DNA of 64,000 nucleotides from Ophelia neglecta (taxonomy: Eukaryota), in assembly GCA_965285935.1 (NCBI GenBank), contig OZ260663.1:93310001-93374000 (forward strand). The letters run 5' to 3'. The translations under genes and the position numbers were made by a program. The notes beneath the pieces are model-generated. The model was not told the DNA's origin. It saw only the letters and a list, made by a program, of their open reading frames with translations, and searched no databases. Of the stretch, positions 51,558-61,247 are shown one piece after another (position 1 is the first letter of the stretch; the number at the start of each line of letters is the position of its first letter).

Positions 51558-54500
51558 ATGGATCCGCTGCTGAAAAACTTCCCTCGATGTTTATTGGCAG
51601 CGGCGATGTGGATTACGTTAGGAAGCACGAGTAAGTACTGTATATTTAATGTACATTGACCAAAAAACGCCATCTTGCTTATCGCTTCCTAGTCCCGCTT
51701 TATCCGTGTTTTTTTATTTTTTTATTGAAAATAAATAATGATAACATTTACTTACTGTCAAATCCCCTTATGGAAGGTTAATAAGTATGAACTGCGGAGT
51801 TCTTTGCAATAGGAAAATGAATAAAAACACCCTCTTGCTAGGAATGGTATCTTAGTTACAAGGTCAGCTTAAAACCTGACCCATACAATAAACTATTCAA
51901 TTGATTATAAATGAATATATTTGAAAATACATTATTGGCAGGAAGCAGATCTGTATTGATACTTTTGGAAATACCCGAAAGGGTCGAAACGCAATTCTCC
52001 GTGAGATAACATAAGATCCCCTGCCGATATATGGCTCCCAAAAATATCCCAGCAATGATACACGAAAGCCTTTCATTTTTTCAGAATGCGCTGGCCAGGG
52101 CCTGTAAATGGTGAAACATCTTAGTTGTGTTGAATTCTGTCAAGTAATGTCCTCTAACTAAAACCATAGTTCGTTGCCCGAAAGAACTCGCACTCCTTCG
52201 ATTCCATCTTTCTATTATATATCTATCAATTATCTATCAATATTTTATTGTTTGACAGCGGCTAGACATTTGCAAGCTCTATGATGGAACTAGCAGCGCC
52301 GCGTGTTTGGCGCTAAATAGAGAATGCAATTTGAATACATAGCTTCGAAACTACATAGAGAAACTTTCTATCAATATTCGCTGGCTCTAATGTATACCTT
52401 AAAAAGACTAGATGGCACTTAATGCCTGACAAAGTATCCTTTCTGCCTAGTAAGAAGTTTCTTACAGAGAAGGTACAACGGCATTCAAGACTTTGTAATA
52501 TGAATTACAGGGCGGCTTACAGTGCGATTTTGTACAGCACAGTGGTTTGCAAATGCCAAAATGTTCAGAGTACATATTTGTAAAAAAAAAAGGTACTATG
52601 TAAATATTTATACAAATGTATGCTACAAACATTCTTGTCTTCACCATGGAACAGCGGATGTCTTTGATTTGATTTGAGTGTATCTAATATTGCGCTATGC
52701 AGCATATGCAGTTTTCGTTCGGTCTCATTATCATTTTACCCGAGTCGGCAGGCAATGAATCGTGATGAATCCCACCATCATAGGGCATTTCCAAAGAAAT
52801 ACATGAACAGGTTCTTATAAGTTAAAGGCTCTGAAAGCTAGCTGAATTCAATGTTCTTTATAGCTTAATCATGCTAGAATACCAATGCATTTTTTTTTAA
52901 AGTAGAAATATGCTAGAATATTAATGCATTTTTTAAATGTGGAACTATGAAGCCATATCCAGTATTTGCTCCGTGTTCCTGTTGGTCGTACACCCATACA
53001 TGGAAGTGAGATATATTAGGCAAAATACATTAATAGCAAAAGGATTGTTCACCTAAATTTCGCACAATCCGGGATTGTTTGCTGTTTGTACCTCTCACTT
53101 ACTCTTCCACGCTATCTAAACATAAACTGAAGTAGATCCCTGACAGATAAGTGCCGTGTGCAAACTGGGCCAGCCTAACAGATGGTTTACGTACAACCTA
53201 CTCAACCCCTGATGGGCAACTAAGGGTTTGATGAAGGTTTCATTTACAAATAGGAACATGCCAGATGGAGCTTTTACTGACATGTTTCAGATATCAGTGT
53301 GAAATATCTTGACTTAACAGAAAGACATACACTTAAGGACATCATTTCACTATCACTATATAAACCAAATGAAAATAAATCCTAAACTGATATTTTGTCC
53401 AAATAAATGAAGTCCGTGTATTGGTATAAAACAGAAATATATTTTAGTTTCTTATATGAATTATCAGGTTAGTTGTGTCCTATTGCGTCTAGAAGTATTG
53501 ATTTCGTTTACTAATTTTACAGAAGAACATGATATTTGCTCCTACGAAACAATTCATCCTACGTGTGGAGACGCGGAGGTAATCCAGATGGAGCAGGCGA
53601 AGTACGGGAGGATGTCAGTAGGACGATGTGCACCGGATGACCTGGGTTACATCGGCTGTAAGGTGAACGTATTGGAGTACTTAGAATCTATTTGCTCGGG
53701 AAGACAGACTTGTCAGATAAGCCCCTTGGATAGGCAGCTGATGTCAGGCTACCAACCCTGCCGGCGAGGTTTGGAGACCTACCTACAGATACAATACAGT
53801 TGTGTCCAAGGTAAGCAAATGTACACAAATAACACATTTTCGCCATGAAAATTATAAAAAAAAATGTGTATGCGCCAACAGTAAGGAAATACATTACCTT
53901 GCTTCCTAATCTAGATCAAATGATGTACTTAATGCTTTAAACCTAATAGTAGTAACTTTTATATGTAACCCGTTGCTTTGGGATCTGCATGACCAAAAAA
54001 AAAAGATAAATTATTTCACAATCTGGTTAATATAACTGGTGTAATTTATGCCCTTCATCTAGCTCAACTTGAATCACACGTCTACTTCTTTCCGCAGTTA
54101 TATATCTGGCAAGTGGTTTCGATGTTATCATTGACAATATAAATTCATGATATTGACCCGGAAATATAATTTTAAAGTTGCCTTTTTGGAAAACCCAACT
54201 TTTAGCCTATACAAGGGAGCCATCATTTTGTCATTTTCCTGTTATATTCAAGGAATACTGAGACTTCCTGTACTCGTCCTTGACTTTTAACCTCAATGTC
54301 AAGTCATTGAATACTTATAAACCTTCACTGCGAAAAATACCCATATACAACCATTTTGATCCCCAGCTATTAAAGGTATAAAAATTAGTTTCAAATATCA
54401 AATATCTAGTGATCTAGATGTGCCTTAATTTGTAGCTGCAAAATAGTAAATCCGCCTAAAGCCATCTAAATAGTCACTGTCTATAATTACCTATTTCACA

Positions 54501-57360
54501 ACTGGGCTCATAGTTACCACTATATAAACCACCTCTATAATCAGACCACCTGTCAATCCAGACCACTGATATTATGAATGTGCTGTTCAATTTTAATGTT
54601 AAATAGCTTGTCTAAACAGACCACTTCCAAAATCGGACCAGTATTTTCCAGTCCCTTTGGTGGTCTTAATTCACAGGTTTCACTGTATTTGTATCGGTAA
54701 ATATTCCGAACCTACATCATGTTTCATCATTTAATCTTTTATTTATTGAACATATCTGTTTAATAATTGTGCCTGATCGAAAAATGCACAAAGTAGGTCA
54801 CGACAAGGCTGTATACTTTATGTTACTTTTTGTAAGAATCAATCGGAGACACAATATTCAGCTTTTAATTTCAGTGTATGTGCCTGCAACACCGTGTGGC
54901 GACAAACCCATAGAGGTCTTGGGACGAAAAGGTTTGCTGGCCAACTTCATCACGGAACGGACGGGAAAGGGATCTGAGGAATGTCCATGGCAGCTCAGAG
55001 CGTCCGAAGGACAGAAGATCCGACTCACGCTACATGACTTCGGCGTATGGACGCCTCCAATGTCCCAAGGTGCCGGCTCTGAAGATCATGTGAATGGTAG
55101 CAGGTTGCCGGACACATCGGATAATTGTCATCTATACGCCAGCATCAAAGACCGTAAGTTAAGCTCACCAAATGTTTTAATTGGACAAAATGTAATACGA
55201 TTTTAACAAGGGAAGGATTAAATATATTCAAATGGTCCATTATTTTTATAATTTTAAGAGGGGGAGTCATAAACTATTATTCTAAGCCAAAGCGCATTCT
55301 AAAACGGTACAAAATTAATCCTTTCATTTTTTTATAACTTGATACTGAATAAAGAAAATAACCATGCATTTAACATGAAAATATATTAATTGGAAGTCTG
55401 AATCAGTGATTGTATAATGAAATGTAATGTTGCTCGCAAAATCCGTTCTCTGCAGATAATGTGCTAGTGAGTTTTGTAATAATTGTGTTTTACCATTTTA
55501 CTTCTTTGATACCAGCTACCACCCAGGGTATTGTTCGCGTCTGTGGGGGTGAGGCACGAGAGAAAATAGTATACACCTCAGGTACCGAGAGCCTGCTGAT
55601 ATACGTGAACAACCACAAACATTCCCGATTCCAGTCATATTTCCTACTGCAGTATGAAGGTGTGTGATTCAACTAAGATAGAAAAGTTGGCATTTGTTTT
55701 GCCTTTGAAACAATGGTCAACTCCATTTACTATCACATTTTTGACATCAATGTTTTTATTGCAGTAGTTGGATGTCCAACGTACAACCCACCAGAAGGCG
55801 CTGTTATCGACAAACATGAAAACGAGATTTCGGTGAGATGTCCCGATTCGAGAAACAAATGGCTAGTTTCGTGTGACGGTACCAAGTGGAAAGCAACGGG
55901 ACAGGTTACCAAGTGTAATGTGCCAGGTTTGTTAACTAACTATGTTAGAAATGATAAGCAAAGTACGCCAACTTTGGCAACAAGGACTTAATTTAAGCAA
56001 AGGCATGGAATGGAATACAAGTTCAGGATCATAAATTCTATAGGTTGTCGGGGTTCGAAACTCAGCTCATCGGACATTCAATGCTACATCGTCTGATTAT
56101 AGGTGACTCCTCTGTGTCCAACGGTGCTGTGTTTCGTGGATCTCTGACCTTACCACAAGGTGGAAAAATAAATCACTAGTGTTCAAATTTAAGATAAAAG
56201 TAACCGATAGTTAAAATGGAAAGTTTCATTTACTTTTTATGGAATGTAATGAAGAGAAATGAAAATTGTGCCAAACATTGTCAGCTATGTGTATAGCTGT
56301 GTATAGTATAGTATAGTATAGTATGTGTATAGAATATTCAAGCCTGTTAGTTTCATTTGAACAAAATTATGCTTTTGTTTGCTGTTAAGAATTTGATTAA
56401 CTTCGAACTTCACAATAACAAGTTTTCGTCTGTTTCTAGGGATAATGGTTATACTCATCATATCTATTGCTGTTCTAATAGCTGTCATTATACTTGTCTT
56501 CGGCGCTATTAGTCTCCGGAGGTTAGTGTCATGTTTCTTATATTAACGAAAATGTCACCACAGTATGCACCGACTCGTAACTTTAGATTAAACATTTCCA
56601 TAAGCCCATATTTAATACCCTGCATCATATAAAACTGTGGAGAAGGTTGCACACTTAATGTAATGTAGAGTAAAATATTTATATTGTTTAACTGAGCCTC
56701 AATCTAAGGCGAGATGTCCGCAAAGACTTTTTTAAATAGAACTCTTAATGATAATTTATTGTCACTATTGTTTCTCTTTCTTCGATAAGATATAGATAGG
56801 AATTTCGATGGTTGCTCTATTGCAGGAAACGAAACGCAGCAATTGAATTCATGACGAATCCTCTAATGAACTCAGAGAACCTCACGTCACTTTCGGAATA
56901 TTCCGCTAAGAATAATGTTCACATACCTATGACTACACAAGCGCAGCAGTCTCAACTGGGAAGAGAATATACTTGTACCCCACGTGGACAGGTGGCGGTA
57001 CCTGGCGGGGCGTTTTTAACTGATGGCGAATTGATGTCACTGCATCTTCCACCGACGACACCATACCCAGACTCCTGTAACTGCTTCCTTCATGATTCAT
57101 CACGAAACGAAATTCCAGCAAGGAAGAGTAACAATACGTATAGACCTCCATACACTGAACATTTGTTTGATTCGCCAAACTTCTTATGGCGCAGTTGCAG
57201 TGAAAGTCACACTACAGAACCGTTCTACAACGAGCTGGACCCGGAGTTCACCGGAGTTGGGATTATCAGTGGGACAAGGCGGGTGCATAAGGACTGTGAT
57301 AATGTGATATTTCGACCTGACACCCCAGTGGCTTCAATTCCTGAGGCTGTTTCCCCCTAG
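51558..57360 (+). CDS. Lectin-CUB-CCP-TM receptor paralogue 7 (539 aa, most diverged complete copy)
   Basis: join(51558-51630,53523-53810,54875-55153,55516-55659,55765-55926,56103-56159,56440-56521,56826-57360)=1620 nt. Cys patterns, exon lengths and phases conserved. Confidence 0.88.
54510..54687. mobile_element. One-ended relic of a non-autonomous Tc1/mariner/pogo-type element
   Basis: Ends GGTGGTCTTAATTCACAGGTTTCACTG-TA (reverse complement TA-CAGTGAAACCTG..., a common TIR type) with internal AGACCAC repeats; no matching other end seen. Confidence 0.4.
56291..56332. repeat. (GTATA)n microsatellite
   Basis: gtatagctgtgtatagtatagtatagtatagtatgtgtatag in an intron of paralogue 7. Confidence 0.8.
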
Positions 57361-58139
57361 AATCTGGTACATTGACAAAGTGCCCTACTGTATTTTCTAC
57401 CCAGATTGGGGTCATTTTTGCTAAGAAAACCATTCCTTTGATTTTGAATTTGCTTTCAAGATTTATATCCATGAACACATTAAATACTGAGGCTACAATC
57501 ATATTCAACAGTATATTTTGTGTCCAAATGCCAACCGGCTGACAATGTTCAAGCTTCTAAAACATTTCAGTATGCGTATACCTCAAAGATGAACTTCCGC
57601 TAGAAATCAATAGAACTCATTTCTTTAGCAGCATACAACAAGTAATTAACTAGAATTGACAGAAACAATAAGCCATCGCAGTGTATAAGGCATAACGTAT
57701 TCATGACTTAATATTTAGTCTTCTTTAGCGTATAACTGTGATTCAAAAGACCTCCATGCAGAGGGCCCGGCAAGGTAAGCTAATACTTTTCATGTTAGTA
57801 TTAAGGCATTGTAATATTGAATTCCCAAGGAGTAATGTGAAATTCGGCAAATACCAATATTTAACAAAGTGAATCCTATTATATCGAAGGAGAACTACTG
57901 GGTGAACCTACACATGTGCTTAAAACATAAGGAAGTGCATGAAACGCACAGATGCTGTTTGATTTATGTGCTTAATGTCGCTTTTACATTTAGTGGGGGT
58001 TGATCAACGGTTAATTAGTGTGTGGTTGAATTGTAACCAGTGTAATATTTTACGCAATCGGACCACGATCCTAACCAATCTGGCGTCTTCCGGAAAATAC
58101 CTCCTCCAGACGTGAAATTCGCCGACGTCGGTGACACGT

Positions 58140-58260
58140 GCTATGAGAGCGGCTAACACGGTTAGAGGTGCACACTGCGCTGTAATCGCCACCCATTGCA
58201 CTGCACGGCATGCCAACGGGCGAACCCCCAAATCTAACAATGACACTCCCAGTTTGAGAT
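58140..58260 (+). promoter_or_regulatory. Conserved upstream element of paralogue 8
   Basis: CCACCCATTG at 58189-58198, 201 bp before the ATG; TGACACTCCCAGTTTG follows. Confidence 0.65.
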
Positions 58261-58389
58261 TGAACTCTGGGTGAAATATACACAAAGTACCTTCTAGATT
58301 ATTGCACTGGGATAATACCACTAGGATTGATAAAACCTTAAGATTTGGATTTGTGTAAAATCGGATATTTATCTCGATTAATCGAAAAC

Positions 58390-60409
58390 ATGGACATACT
58401 GCTGAAGAATTTCTCCCGAGGAGGCTTGGCGATTGTTGCAATATGGATTACAATGGGAAGCTCGAGTAAGTACTCGCCATTTATTATACCGTCTCAAGGA
58501 ATAATACGGCAAACAGCTAGGAACTCGGTGTTAACAGCTTAGTCGAATAATTAGTGACGTAAAAGAGCAAGTCCTTAATTGTATGATCTACCGTCATTAA
58601 TGTTTTTCTGCTCACAATTTTTTGTCTGTTTGCAGTCTCCTACTGTGCTTGTAGGTTGCATTGAAATCGAATTGTTTTATTGATGAATTCGTTTCAAATC
58701 CCATATACTAGTATCATTACTAGTATCATTATATGAATTACAACACATAGTCGTATATATCATATATCAACCCTCTATACAATTTCTTTCAAGTCGCCGG
58801 ATAAGGGTGAAGAATTCTATGAATTCTCAGTTTTCACAATCGGATAATGTGCCATCTAAATGTTCTTTGTCCGTGTGTGTGTGTCAACGGGCACGTACAA
58901 GGCACAGTCTCGCGTGGACTACTTGAACGAATGTATTAATATATTCATTTGACTAAGCCACAAATTCCAGAACAAAGTACACAAAGGCGCCAACAAAGGT
59001 TAAACCTATATATTCGGTATCCATCTTGATTCAGTGATAGATTTAAACCCGATCTTTAATCTTTAACCATACTCCTATACCCCATAACCTCTTAGGTTCT
59101 ACCTTTCATCGCTATCCTGTAAGTAGCCTTAAAAGAGGTGCAATGAAACAATGGAACTAGAATGTAATTGACAAATATTAAGTTGAGTAATATTTGTTCA
59201 GAAAAGATGTCCCTAATATTTGATAATTATATAATTACCCAGATACCCAGTTGGGAATTGCATGTATACGAAATATTTCTTAAGAATATTTTAATGTTAT
59301 TCGGGTTAAGTATAAAACGGAGGTGTCTTGGTTAGGATCCTCGCTCAGCCCTACGATTGAGTATAATATCTTTTTTTTTTTTTTTGCACTCAATGCTTTA
59401 ATAAAAATGGCAACGTTTTAGCCCATCCTTTAATCCCCTATCCCCCTCCCCCTACTTGCCAACGGTGACAAGAACAGACTACGGACAATATGTGTGAGGA
59501 CAACAGGCGTTATGACCTCAAATTAGGTTCTTATCTCGCACATAGTAACATTTTGTAGACGACCAATTCATTTTAAGATATAAACCTGACGAGTCATTCG
59601 TTACCTAGGATGTGCTGTTAATCGTTTTGTTATCTGATAGTATAATCATATGTTGACAAATACAAGATAGCACTACGATGTGACTCTCGCAATATTTATC
59701 TGCGGTGGACAGCTGTTACAGTTATAGTAATCTGACCCTGTTGTTCATAACACTCTGTTATATTACTGCAGTATCTCCCTAAAAAAAGGCCAACATTGCA
59801 TATTTTGAAACGTTCATTTGAATTTGATGCTGCGTTTGTGATATAGGCAGAATTTTTATTTTACAATTTGTTCTTATTTGTTCGCTAACAAATTTATGAA
59901 CATTTATTGAATGTGCACATGCATTTATATTGCCGTCATACTTCCTTCAAAACTGGTGAAGAAAGATTTGATCTCGGACCCAGTAATACTGTTATCGGTG
60001 GTAATGTAAAATAATTTCTGGTTACGATAAATTAGTTTATACGTTGTCCGTATCATGATAATCATGTATTGGTGCATTACCCTTATAGAGGCTTACAAGG
60101 TTCCCCAGTCAGTGCGCGGACATTTAGCTAGCGCCTGTCGGTTTGGGTTTATAGCATGATGAGCCAGCCAGTCGGATGACGCTATCGGGCTCATCGCCAC
60201 TTGCCGGGTTTCTAGAATATTTGTTCGTTTGGCAGTATAAATGGTCTTTCGTCGAGAAGAGTAATTCCAAACCATCTTACACCGAACATATATATGAGCT
60301 ACCAAAGTTTCTACGGCGCACGCGCAGTTTGAGCGAAAAACACGACCCTTTCTACTATGAATATGACCCGGGACACACAGGCTTTCACAGTGAGGAACCA
60401 CGAGAATAA
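58390..60409 (+). pseudogene. Paralogue 8, internally deleted
   Basis: Intact signal-peptide exon 58390-58465 (MDILLKNFSRGGLAIVAIWITMGSS, gtaagt donor), then only the 3' part of the tail exon at ~60255-60409 (SYTEHIYELPKFLRRTRSLSEKHDPFYYEYDP). No lectin, CUB, CCP or TM exons in the 1.8 kb between. Confidence 0.75.
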
Positions 60410-60914
60410 ATATATTTGCGTGGACACAATTTCCCATTCTTAATTCGCCGACAGAAGGTTTGGCAAACGGTGTAAGGATCTTACAGGTGTCAATTTTGAA
60501 GAGTTCTATAACTCTTATAGGATAATATAAATTTTCAACGATGTAACATTTCAAGCTTGTGAATGCGTTGGCTTCAGACACATATATTATGGAACACGTA
60601 TCATGCTTGAAGTGCCATTATATTTATATGCGACTTTCCCTCAGACATATGCCACATGGAATCATTTCATTAACTCCCACCCATACTCGCTGGATTTGTG
60701 AGATATAGTTAAAATGAACAAAGTCAAATAAACTATTGCCAAAACAACTCCTTGTCAATAACAGCGACAGATTATAAATGATACTTTCCATTTTCATTGT
60801 CATCAATATATCTCCACTTAGCATTCCGTTTTTCGTATGCCCCCCGCAAAGTTCATCGAGAGACTTGGCCAGAACCTAAAAGTTACCGTCCTTTTTTCGA
60901 TCACAGATAGAGTA

Positions 60915-61040
60915 CGAGAGCGGAGTGCCGCGACCAAAGCCAGTGGTGCGCACTGAACCTGCGCTTCACACACCACCCATTGCATTGCGCCGCCATGAAG
61001 CGTACGTCGAGTTCTAACAATGACACTCCCAGTTTGGGAC
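60915..61040 (+). promoter_or_regulatory. Conserved upstream element of paralogue 9
   Basis: CCACCCATTG at 60973-60982, 202 bp before the ATG. Confidence 0.68.
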
Positions 61041-61174
61041 TGAACTCTTAGCGGAATATCGCACTATTACTCTGGATTATAGCATTAAGTTTATAGTCTG
61101 GAAACTTCGTTATGGCGATTTAGTATAGAGGGGAGTGTTTGGATTACAATTCATATTGGTGTGCATTCATAACC

Positions 61175-61247
61175 ATGGAGAGACTGCAGAAAAGATACAT
61201 AATGACCTTGGTGAGCGCGGCACTATGGATACCACTGGCAAGCTCGA
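61175..61247 (+). CDS. Paralogue 9, signal-peptide exon (remaining exons not in the window)
   Basis: 73-nt exon MERLQKRYIMTLVSAALWIPLASS ending AGCTCGA|gtaagt, as in the other copies. Confidence 0.75.
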
